From the NCBI GenBank assembly GCA_041601615.1, contig JBFIHX010000008.1:36261-100260 (forward strand): DNA of 64,000 bases. The letters are read 5' to 3'. The translations under genes were made by a program, and so were the position numbers. This DNA comes from Thermoplasmatota archaeon. Its GTDB lineage: Archaea; Thermoplasmatota; E2; JACPAO01; JAHFTW01. This document shows, piece by piece, positions 40,590-49,864 of this stretch; the stretch's first letter is position 1, and each line of letters begins with the position of its first letter. The notes under the pieces are model-generated. The model made no database searches. It saw only the letters and a list, made by a program, of their open reading frames with translations, and had not been told where the DNA came from.

Positions 40590-43088
40590 GTGGACGCGCC
40601 GGCTGGATTCCGCGCCACCCTCTTCGTGGTGGTCCTTCTTGCGGCACTCGCCATCCCAAGCGAGGTCGTGGCACCTGCAAGCCCATTCACTGCCCAACTC
40701 GCCGCAACCTCCGCCGAAGGCTGGACCAACAGTGCCGAGGCACGCACATCCCCCGGCGCCGCAACTACATCCACCAGCGGCACCGTGCTCACCCTCACCG
40801 CCTTCGGCCCCGCCGCCAGCGGAAGTATCGAATCCATCCGGATCCGCGTGGACGCGAGCCAAGCCAACCACTACGACGACGAAATCACCGTTTCCATCAC
40901 GGGCGGCTGCAACGACGCGACAGTCAGCACCCCCAGCATTCAACCAACCACGAGCCGAGCCACCTACACACTCAACGCCCCATGCAGCGCGGGCTGGACC
41001 TGGCCCGGCGCCACTTCCTTGCAGGTGCGACTCGAATCCAAAGCCAACGGAGGCATCCTCGGCGTCGGCGCCACCGACGGCACCTGGAGCATCCATTTCG
41101 CTACCCTAGAAGTCACCTACACCAACCAAGTCCCCAGCGCAAACGCGGGCGCCGATCGAACCGTCATGGAGGGCAGCACAGTCACCCTCCAAGCCAGCGG
41201 CAACGACCCCGAAGGCGGACCCCTGGCCTATTCCTGGAGCCAAACCAGCGGCCCCACCGTGACCCTCAGCACCGGCCCCGAGCCCACCTTCACAGCACCA
41301 ACGCTCGCAACAAACAACCCCACGAGCCTTACCTTCTCGCTACAAGCCCAAGACGACCACGGCCAACAAACCACCGACACCATCCAAATCACGGTCCAAA
41401 ACCACAACCAACCCCCCGTAGCCCGCGCCGGCAGCGACCGGCCCGCCAAAACAAGCGAAATGGTGACCCTAGACGGCAGCACCTCCACGGACCCCGACGA
41501 AGACCCCTTGACCTACTCCTGGAGTCAAACCGATGGCCCCGTCGTCCAGCTTCACGCCGCAAACACCGCAACACCCGGATTCACAGCAGCCACCAGCGGC
41601 ATCCACACCTTCCAACTCACCGTACTCGACGGCCACGACGGCAGCCACTCCGACTCCATCACCATCACCGTCAGCACAGCCACGACTCCGCCCGCGACCG
41701 AAAACAACATTCCCGCCCCCACCCCTGCACCCTCCTCTGCGCCCTCGCCTGCGCCCGCGCCCGCGCCCTCCTCCGCGCCGGCCTCCACTTCGGCACCTGC
41801 TGCCCCCAGCACCACGCCCGAATCCACAACCACCACAGCAACCAGCCCCACCGAACCCAACCCCCACCCAAGCAATGCAACAACCCTAGCGCCCCCGCCA
41901 GCCAACACCACAACCAGCCCCAGCAACCAAACCGACAACGGCAGCAACAGCGCCTCCGCCGCCAGCCGCACAACCCACCAAGCCAGCCAAACCCAATCCC
42001 AAAGCCAAACGCCCGCCCCCGAGCCATTCCAACGCATGGACGCCTGGATCTACTGGATCGGAGCCGCATTCCTCGCCAGTGTCACCACCACCGGCGCCGT
42101 CGTCCACCGACGAATACGCCACCGCCCCCGCCTGCTACCCGCCGGCACCATCCCCAACCAAATCCCGCCCCGAGAACCCATCCTCACACAACCCGACCCC
42201 ACCGCCACTGCACGGGAAGCCACAGCCGAACCCATCATCACGCCACCACCCACGCCAAGCCCCGAACCACCCACATCCCAACGACCCAACATCATCCTCG
42301 GTGACCTCGGACAAGAACTACGCAACCAAGAACTCCTGCAATTTCTCAACAACGCCAGCCACGACCTCGCAAGCCCCCTCACCCCCATCCGACTCCAACT
42401 CTCCATGCTCCTGCAATACCACGGCGACAACCTCGACGACAAACAACGCCGCGCCCTCGCCGTCGTCACCCGCAACGTCGACCAAATGGGCCTCCTCATC
42501 ACCGACCTCAAAGACGCCGCCCGCCTCCAAGCCGGCCACATGGACCTCTACCCCGAACCCATGGACCTCACCGCACTCACCCGCGACGCCGCCGAAACCT
42601 TCGAAGCCCCATGCCGCGAGAAAGGCGTCCAGCTCCACTTCGACGCCCAACCCACAACCGCCTACATCCTCGGAGACGCCGGCCGCCTCAACCAAGTCCT
42701 CTACAACCTCATCAACAACGCCCTCAAATTCACCGACCAAGGAGGCACCATCCACATCGCACTGCGCCAAAGCGACAACCACTACGTCGTCGCCATCCAA
42801 GACACCGGCATCGGCATGACACCCGAAGACGCCGCCCGCCTCTTCCAACCCTTCAGCCAGGCCCACGGCGCCAACCAGAAGAAAAAAGGCAGCGGCCTCG
42901 GCCTCTACATCAGCAAAGGCATCATCGAAGGCCACAACGGAGAAATCTGGTGCCAAAGCGAAGGCAGAGGCCACGGCAGCGTATTCGCATTCATGATCCC
43001 CACGCACACAAAATCAAGCACGCAAGGCGAAAGGGAAGAACAGGAAGAAAACGCCGCAAGCGACGCAACAGAACAAACGACGGACTAA
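40590..43088 (+). CDS. Sensor histidine kinase with extracellular PKD-like domains and P/T/S-rich stalk
   Basis: Signal; 2x NQxPxAxAG...YSWSQTxGP; low-complexity linker; TM; SHDLASPL, NLINNALKF, DTGIG, GSGLGL. Confidence 0.9.
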   Translation: MDAPAGFRATLFVVVLLAALAIPSEVVAPASPFTAQLAATSAEGWTNSAEARTSPGAATTSTSGTVLTLTAFGPAASGSIESIRIRVDASQANHYDDEITVSITGGCNDATVSTPSIQPTTSRATYTLNAPCSAGWTWPGATSLQVRLESKANGGILGVGATDGTWSIHFATLEVTYTNQVPSANAGADRTVMEGSTVTLQASGNDPEGGPLAYSWSQTSGPTVTLSTGPEPTFTAPTLATNNPTSLTFSLQAQDDHGQQTTDTIQITVQNHNQPPVARAGSDRPAKTSEMVTLDGSTSTDPDEDPLTYSWSQTDGPVVQLHAANTATPGFTAATSGIHTFQLTVLDGHDGSHSDSITITVSTATTPPATENNIPAPTPAPSSAPSPAPAPAPSSAPASTSAPAAPSTTPESTTTTATSPTEPNPHPSNATTLAPPPANTTTSPSNQTDNGSNSASAASRTTHQASQTQSQSQTPAPEPFQRMDAWIYWIGAAFLASVTTTGAVVHRRIRHRPRLLPAGTIPNQIPPREPILTQPDPTATAREATAEPIITPPPTPSPEPPTSQRPNIILGDLGQELRNQELLQFLNNASHDLASPLTPIRLQLSMLLQYHGDNLDDKQRRALAVVTRNVDQMGLLITDLKDAARLQAGHMDLYPEPMDLTALTRDAAETFEAPCREKGVQLHFDAQPTTAYILGDAGRLNQVLYNLINNALKFTDQGGTIHIALRQSDNHYVVAIQDTGIGMTPEDAARLFQPFSQAHGANQKKKGSGLGLYISKGIIEGHNGEIWCQSEGRGHGSVFAFMIPTHTKSSTQGEREEQEENAASDATEQTTD

Positions 43089-43276
43089 GCGACGCGAACG
43101 TTGGCGGCGCGAGGACCGCGCTCGGATTGCTCGGTGTCGAACTCGACAGTCATGCCCTCACGGGGCTCACCCTCGAACGCAGAGTGGTGGAAGAAAACCT
43201 CCTTCGTTCCACCCTCCGGCATGATGAAGCCGAAGCCCTTGTCGTCGATGAATTTTGTAATGGTTCCAGTGGCCAT
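43085..43276 (-). CDS. csp: Cold-shock domain protein
   Basis: KGFGFI, EVFFHHSA, GPRAANV. Confidence 0.95.
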   Translation of the reverse strand: MATGTITKFIDDKGFGFIMPEGGTKEVFFHHSAFEGEPREGMTVEFDTEQSERGPRAANVRVA

Positions 43277-43463
43277 ACACGGCGACCAAACCTAGAACCA
43301 TAAAAGCGTGCAGGCTTGGGACGAGCGAGGAAAAAAGGCCCCAATCGCCGAAAAAACAGGCCGCGCCAGAGCAGAAAGCGAGGCGGCGAAAGTGCCCCCA
43401 CCCCCGGCAATCTCCCAGGCCTTGCCACCCATGCATCAGCCAGCCCCAATCCTTCTTGGCGCC

Positions 43464-43829
43464 TCACACAGCACCGGGTTGCTGTGACAGTAGGTTGAGG
43501 GCACCGGCACATGTCCAGATTCCATACTCTTCCAGAGGCATGGATTCAATGAATCCGTAGGGGCCAAGGGGGCTGCCGTCATCGAATTGAATGACGCGCT
43601 TGGGGAAATTCACCAACCTAAAGTTGGCATTCGTGACTTCCGCTTGAAACGACACATTGCCCCTCTCCAGCGTGCTGTGGTATACGATGCCGGGCGACTG
43701 TACCTGCAGGTCGTATTCGCCGTGGTACACCATCCGGCCCCGGACCTCCAGGTCGGCAGCCACGAAGGAATCTGCCCCTGCCACTCCCGGTACGAGAAGC
43801 AACAGTAAGACGAGATGCCACGAAGCCAT
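43464..43829 (-). CDS. Secreted hypothetical protein, possibly truncated
   Basis: Signal peptide MASWHLVLLLLLVPGVAG. Confidence 0.45.
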   Translation of the reverse strand: MASWHLVLLLLLVPGVAGADSFVAADLEVRGRMVYHGEYDLQVQSPGIVYHSTLERGNVSFQAEVTNANFRLVNFPKRVIQFDDGSPLGPYGFIESMPLEEYGIWTCAGALNLLSQQPGAV

Positions 43830-43996
43830 TACCTTAGCCCGACTACGGGCGCAAGCACTCGGTTCCATGCCTCCATGATTCAACGAAAAACATGGTTTAT
43901 AATGATAGTCTTGATAGCTGGTTCCTCTTGAACAAAGGATTTGCCCTAAAAGCTTTGTATCCTGCTTTGTCTCGTTTCTTTGTGGTTTGGCAACAG

Positions 43997-44872
43997 GTGC
44001 GTGCATCCGTCCTGCTTGGCCTGCTGGCCCTGACCCTCCTCGCCGGATGCTTGAGTCAGGACGACAATTCTGACAAGCCTACGGGAATCTCCTCCACGGA
44101 CCCACCGACCAGCAGCAAGAGGGGCGAGACACCCGAGGGAAACGGGAGCGCAGATCCGGCGACCTCACCGCCTGCATTCTTTGATCCGTTCAGGACTGTC
44201 ATCGACCTTTCCCAATGCCTGTTTATGCCTGTTTCATCCTTGATTCAAAGCGCGGACGCGCAGGCGGCACTGCCGAGTGGATATCGGCCCGCCCCCCTCG
44301 CCCCCGGCTTGGTCCCCGTCAACCTGAATCTGTATGATTGCTCAGCCGTCATCATCGACAATAGAACCGTCCTGCATGATGTCCGCTTCGGCTATGTCTC
44401 CATCGCTGCCTACGCAGATGATAAGAACGTCAGCGGAGTCGGCCGCTCCGAAGGATACATCGAGAGCTTCTTCTCCGATAACCCTGTTCTTCTTGGCCTG
44501 ATTGCCGGCGTCGATATCCCGACCCACGCAGCAATTTTTACGATAGAGCGTGGTTCCAACACCAGCGCTTGTACGGTGGAAATTGAAGGCGAGGCATGGT
44601 ACTCGTTCCAAGGGGTCAAGAGCGATGACCTTCGAACAAATTCGATTGCGTACCGCGAGCACCGTCGGTCGGAGTCGGCGGCCGCTTGGGCCGACATCAC
44701 GGTCACCTATGACTACAACAACCTCGTCACCGAAGGAGTCCTCCATGCACAATCAGGAGTCCTTGCCACTGCATCCCCTGCGAATTCAGGATTGCACGCG
44801 GCCATCTCCAGCCAAGGAGAAATGACTGGAGAAATTCGGTTCGGTCGGCACCTCTTCCCAATGGAAACGTGA
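43997..44872 (+). CDS. Lipoprotein of unknown function
   Basis: LAGC lipobox, S/T/P-rich linker, beta-rich domain. Confidence 0.7.
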   Translation: MRASVLLGLLALTLLAGCLSQDDNSDKPTGISSTDPPTSSKRGETPEGNGSADPATSPPAFFDPFRTVIDLSQCLFMPVSSLIQSADAQAALPSGYRPAPLAPGLVPVNLNLYDCSAVIIDNRTVLHDVRFGYVSIAAYADDKNVSGVGRSEGYIESFFSDNPVLLGLIAGVDIPTHAAIFTIERGSNTSACTVEIEGEAWYSFQGVKSDDLRTNSIAYREHRRSESAAAWADITVTYDYNNLVTEGVLHAQSGVLATASPANSGLHAAISSQGEMTGEIRFGRHLFPMET

Positions 44873-44987
44873 TCACATGAAAAATCGTATTTTTGCCATC
44901 GCCTCCGCGCACACAATCGCCCTCAGCATGGTTCTTGCAACCCTTATGGCCCCAGTGGGAATGGCCCAGACACCCCCGTCAAGATAG

Positions 44988-45149
44988 ATGCGACCAACCC
45001 CACGAAACGTGGAAATTCTCACCGAAGAGGACCACGAAGCAATGCTCGCCGCCATTTCCAAGGCAACATTCCGAAGCCCACACTACGCGGGGCACCTACG
45101 GGCCCACTTCATCTCTAGTTCGGAACCCGGCTTCGGAGCCCCCGAACCC
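44988..45149 (+). pseudogene. Tyrosine integrase fragment (start of catalytic domain)
   Basis: VEILTEEDHEAMLAAI...LRAHF...GFGAPE resembles the LTxxE..LL and GxRxxE boxes, with the Arg codon changed to GGA. Confidence 0.5.
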
Positions 45150-46422
45150 CAATTCCCCTGGCCGGCAAGCAGAAGACCAGGCAGGTTTGTAGAGCGTATC
45201 TGTCTCACGGATTTCCGCCCACCGTTGACCATCCTAGGGCTGCACCCAGAGTACCGCAACGCCCGAACACGCTGCATGGCCTGTTCCAAGACGAAGGCGA
45301 GGCCATCCAGCATGCGGAGGAACTCGAACACGACGGCACTGACACCTACATCTTCGCCGACGAGGCCCCGTCCGGCGAGCGCGTGGAATCCCTGACCGCG
45401 TCGTGGATGACGCCGCAGAATTTCAGGGGTTTCATAGAGCAACTGGACGAGGGCAAAGCAGACCAGGATGTGAATGCGGCGTGGCCCGACGAGGAACATG
45501 GATCGTGGTACCGGTGGTGCGCGTGAGCGTGCGGTCCATGTGCGGCCAGTGCGGCATGGGGTTGTCGATGGGCGTGGGCGAGGCAGTGACCTCGCACGAC
45601 TGCTGGAGCGAATGCTCGACCGAGGAAACCATGTTGGCCTTCGACCCGGCGTGGCCGCCGTGCCCGTGCCCCCGGCTGGGTCGGCTGGTGCCGCCCCGGT
45701 GGCTTGACTGCGCTTCGAGCCAGAGGCCCTCGTGTCGAAGAAGACCGAGAGCCCTGCACACGTCGAATACTTCCACGGAAAAGGAGGCATGGGCAGCTGG
45801 GCGCTCCCGTTTTCGTGGAGCGGGGAGGCCGTGGCCCAAGCGCTGCGAAGCACCGCGCACACGTCGCCTTGGACAACGGCCGCGTGCCGCCGTCGTGGAC
45901 ACATCCCTGCACTACCGGCCCAGGGGACTCGTTGTCGGGAACCTGAAATTGTCTGGAGCGAGGCAGGGCACGGCTATTGCCCGCTGATGAAAATGCATTT
46001 GTTCTACGATCTGCTTCAGGAGTCGTGGGCTTTCCACGGTTGGATGATCCAGGGTCTTGGTTTGGCCTTTCATTCCTGGCATTGGTGGGAGCCTTTTTAT
46101 TGGCTGGAGCACGCCGTCATGAAACCGAGGCGGCGCCTGCCCCGGCCGTATTCATTGCGGTCGCTCTGTTGCTGTGCGCGTCCTTCCTGCTCGTGGCGCT
46201 CATCGCGGTCGTCGTTCGCTGGCGTGCGAAGCGGAAGGCGGTGGCAGGAGAGCAGGAAGCATAGAGTCTACTGCCTCCGCTGCTCAAGCCGCACGTCGAG
46301 GCCCCAGAGACACAACCCCCTGCCCCGCCGTAGCTATGCACCGTTGGTTAATTAGTTGAAGAAGAAGGTAAAGGGAGGAGACATTCGGATTCCCAGGCTA
46401 CGAGGCGGTAGAGGATATCGCC

Positions 46423-47016
46423 TTCACCACCACGGTCGAGGGAATCCAATGGGGCAACTCCACGTTGATCCTGGGCCACATGAAAAACAGCGACGGCACC
46501 CACACCGTCGTGCTCACGGATCGCGCCGTCCGCGCCCTGCGGGCCTGGGTACGCGGCCTCCATGCCTCCCCCACGTGGCGTGGACCCGCAACGCCCCTCT
46601 TCACGGGGCCCGACGGCCGCGTGGTCACGAACAAGTGGCTCAACGAGGTCATGAAGCGCGTCGCGGCAATTGCCGGCGTCCAAAAGCGAGTCACGAGTCA
46701 TGTCTACCGGCACACGGCAGGAACCCTCATCGGCCGCGAGAACCCCAAACTCGCCGTGTAACAACTCGGCGTCACGGACAAGGTCTTCCAAGCCCACTAC
46801 AACCGGCCCCGACTCGAAGACCGCCTCCACCGACGCGACCTCCTGCCAGGAAGCAACGGCTCGCGCAAAACCCCGATGGAACGCCTCGGCTCGGCGTATT
46901 GGAAGTTCGAGCACGGCCTCATCGACCGCCAAGAACTCGACCACGTCCGAGAACTCACCCGGCTTGAAGTGACCACCAAAAACCAATCGAAACACGAAGA
47001 ATCCGCATATGCATGA
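46423..47016 (+). pseudogene. Tyrosine integrase C-terminal part with a nonsense mutation
   Basis: HVYRH, QAHY; TAA at 46759 where the paralog has CAA; frame continues to TGA at 47016. Confidence 0.85.
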
Positions 47017-47028
47017 AACAAATCGTGT

Positions 47029-47137
47029 GGGGCCCAATTGGGCCCCGACACGGTTCGTATACGCGCTACGGTTCGTATACGCGCACTGCGGTTGATAGTC
47101 CCACCCGGTTTCTTCAGAGGTTGGTGCCCAATTGGGC
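47029..47137. repeat. att-flanking palindromes and direct repeats (putative integrase binding sites)
   Basis: GGGGCCCAATTGGGCCCC (47029-47046), GCCCAATTGGGC (47126-47137), ACGGTTCGTATACGCGC x2 (47050, 47068); CGGTTCGTAT also at 55421. Confidence 0.7.
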
Positions 47138-47479
47138 GCTTTTCCATCTTTTCCCTTCCCACATTTGTTCGCCCGAACAGCCGGCCTTGCTTGCACCCTT
47201 CGGTGCTCTGATTGCATCCAGGCACTCCTGGTTCTGCCCTTCCTAGGGCCGACCCGAATCGGGACCCAATTCTGAACGGGGGCAGGAAGGCAGACTCATT
47301 ACAAAATCAGAGGATTGCGTGCCGCAATCACTCAAAAACCCGCCCGCCTCGGCGTCTGCGTCCAAGCGGTTTCAGTTCACCTTCGGGCCAACAGTCGAAC
47401 CGCCCTACAGAACGGTTCGTTCGTCCAGCCTGGGAAAGTGAATGACGAAGACCTGCTTCCCTACCCAGACCCAACAGGA

Positions 47480-47788
47480 ATGGTCGAGGTCATCGTCCTG
47501 CTCGCAGCCATATCCGTAGGGGTCACCGGATATTTCACCAGAAATGGCGACGTAGAAGCCGGGTGTGGCTGCGCTTCGGCTGGCTTGCTGTTGGCCTTCT
47601 ACGCCACTGTGGCGCTTGCCTGTCTGAATGACGAACATCTGTCCTCCGATGATGACGTAGCAGTAGCTGTCGTGCTGTTGTTCAGCGTCGGGGCTGTCGT
47701 GATCGCAGTGCCACTTCACTTCGTCGCCAAGCTCGCCGATTCTGAGCGCGGTTGCAACGAGGGGGGTCTCGGAGGATGCGCCTGCTGA
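47480..47788 (+). CDS. Small membrane protein
   Basis: Three hydrophobic segments; start uncertain. Confidence 0.4.
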   Translation: MVEVIVLLAAISVGVTGYFTRNGDVEAGCGCASAGLLLAFYATVALACLNDEHLSSDDDVAVAVVLLFSVGAVVIAVPLHFVAKLADSERGCNEGGLGGCAC

Positions 47789-48365
47789 ATCCCAGATGGG
47801 GATGCCCAGAATTTCGGGGCCGGTTTGCGTCTCGAAGGCATGACCAAGGACCCAGATAAGGCCAGTCTCGTAGCGTCCAAGTACCGCGTTCCGGGATGCT
47901 ACGGCCCTTCAGAGCCGGGTCCGGTTGGCGGTGGTATGACAGGTGCGCCACTGGGGCTTGCATGAATGAAAAGGTCAGGACTGCTTCGCTTCCCGTCCTT
48001 TCCTGAAGGATCTTTGTCCTAGAGAAGAAGTCGTGCCGGAGTCTGATTCTTAAGGGTGGTCGTCGTCCAGGCGCTTTGCCGCATCGGCGTGAACGTCGCC
48101 TTGGACACCGACCGCATACCACCATAATGGCTCCCCTGCCACCCTCGGCGTTGAGACCTACGCAGTGCCGACCCCACCCCCCACTTCAGGGCAGAGCTAC
48201 GACGTGCTGGCGTGGTCCACATCGGGACATGAGCCTCGGGGTGTGGGCATGAGCGAAGTGAATCCAATGTGTGGGAGTGCATGTCCTCGTAGTGTACCGC
48301 GAGGGAGGCCTCAAGAGCCTTCACGCCTTCGTATTGAGGAGGTTAGTGTTGCCTCGCACTCGAAC

Positions 48366-49214
48366 TCAGGCCATGGTGGGCGTGGGCCCAGGGTTGAGGC
48401 GCGAAGGCAGCAAGGGAGTGAGTGCGAGCCAGGGCCAGATCAGGATCATTGAGTCCAATTGGAGCCATGCACGGGACATTCCCCAGTACGCCAGGAACAG
48501 CAACGCAAGCGTTACGGCGTGGGTGGGTGTGAGGTGTTTGTCCTGGTAGCGGCTAGCCAGGAGGTCGAGGTGTTGCTGTCTTGCTTCGGGAGTGTCGCGT
48601 TCGGCGGTCTCGGTGGCAGGGGGCCGAACGATGGCGTACAGGGGGGACGCGTATGCAACTACCAGCGCGAAAAGAAGGCCCGAGGCCAGTGCCTCCAGTG
48701 TGGGCGGAGGGGCACCGTCGAAGAAGAAGGATAGGGCGCCCCAATTGAATTGCCATCCGAAGAGGAACACAAGTTGAAGGGCACCGTAGGCGGATGCGAC
48801 GATGCGCAGACCGCGCGGTGGGTTCCAGGTGGTAGCTACCAGGATGAGGGTGGCAATAGTCGCGGCGGCGTGGATGGTAGCAAGAAAGCGGACGCCCGCG
48901 TTGCTCCAGTCGGCCTCGGCAAGCAGCGCCCACATCGGTAGCGCCGAGAGAAAGAGCGTGTGTTCTCCCGCCTTGGGTGTGATGGTGGCGCGGAAAAAGA
49001 GCGCGAACGCCATGACCGCGCCCATCGCGACGGAAAACGCCGCCGTCACGGGGTCCTCCAACTGTGCAGTGGCGAAGGCCCAGCCGAGGGGCGCGACGAC
49101 GAGCACAATCAGGACATGCTTTTTGGTCCAGTGCCGCCACGTCAGGTACAGGAGTTGCAGGAGACACCCCGCAGCAAAGGCGGCTGCCGCTACACCAGAT
49201 CCAGGCATGGTCAT
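48366..49214 (-). CDS. Polytopic membrane protein
   Basis: Multiple TM segments; ATGA overlap with the upstream lipoprotein gene. Confidence 0.7.
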   Translation of the reverse strand: MTMPGSGVAAAAFAAGCLLQLLYLTWRHWTKKHVLIVLVVAPLGWAFATAQLEDPVTAAFSVAMGAVMAFALFFRATITPKAGEHTLFLSALPMWALLAEADWSNAGVRFLATIHAAATIATLILVATTWNPPRGLRIVASAYGALQLVFLFGWQFNWGALSFFFDGAPPPTLEALASGLLFALVVAYASPLYAIVRPPATETAERDTPEARQQHLDLLASRYQDKHLTPTHAVTLALLFLAYWGMSRAWLQLDSMILIWPWLALTPLLPSRLNPGPTPTMA

Positions 49215-49864
49215 TCCGACTCGGGCGGCTTGACGCCCCAATCCTGAAGGGTGAGCAACTTCCCACTTGTACCTGTGAATTTTATGAAATTCTCTACATC
49301 TGGGCTATACCATGCGTGCCAGATTTCACCACTTTGGAATGTACTAATTGTGTGGATTGTTTTCATTTTACCCCATGTGGTGTCTACGGTGTCCCACCCT
49401 TCGACAGCCACGTCATAATGGTAATTTTCCTCGTATCCGTCTTGGTAGGTGGTGCAGTTATGGGTGTAGTTTGCCATCGGGAAAATTGGTCGTTGAGGGC
49501 AGTCATTCCAGAAGTAAAGCTTCGTCTGAAATGCCACCCACCCTAACGACTCTGTATCTACCCACTGGGTTCCCGCGCCTGTTGGGTGGATGTAGGGATC
49601 GGGCGGAGTCTCTACAAGAAGTCGGTATGTAGAATACCCTTGGTGTTCTTCAATACCCTCAACTTTGTAATGAAGCCACTCACCATCCGTGGTGTTGTAT
49701 TTCCACCACTGTCCTACCCCCCATGTGGGTACTGGCACATCCGACGGATCTGGCAAGGAGGCGTCCGCCTCGGAGGCCATACAGCCCGACAGGACGATGG
49801 CAACGAGCAGCAGGGAAGGAACGATAAGGATACGCATATTCATCTCCGAGATGATTTCAGTCAT
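49211..49864 (-). CDS. Lipoprotein of unknown function
   Basis: LSGC lipobox; PTWGVGQWWKY; overlaps the stop of the large gene. Confidence 0.75.
   Translation of the reverse strand: MTEIISEMNMRILIVPSLLLVAIVLSGCMASEADASLPDPSDVPVPTWGVGQWWKYNTTDGEWLHYKVEGIEEHQGYSTYRLLVETPPDPYIHPTGAGTQWVDTESLGWVAFQTKLYFWNDCPQRPIFPMANYTHNCTTYQDGYEENYHYDVAVEGWDTVDTTWGKMKTIHTISTFQSGEIWHAWYSPDVENFIKFTGTSGKLLTLQDWGVKPPESE

Noticed and set aside
41700-41800. Short DNA repeats (GCGCCC units)
   Set aside because: They simply encode the PAPAPSSA linker of the histidine kinase.
43391-43412. AGTGCCCCCACCCCCGGCAATC as a third att site
   Set aside because: It needs several indels to match the tRNA end and is low-complexity and C-rich.
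45403-45987. Cys-rich ORF inside the integrase-splitting insert as a zinc-finger gene
   Set aside because: Several overlapping ORFs of equal plausibility and no clear motif or start signal.
47950-48330. Possible third integrase remnant (GGMRS and LRHDF in different minus-strand frames)
   Set aside because: Motifs are short, too close together and in different frames.
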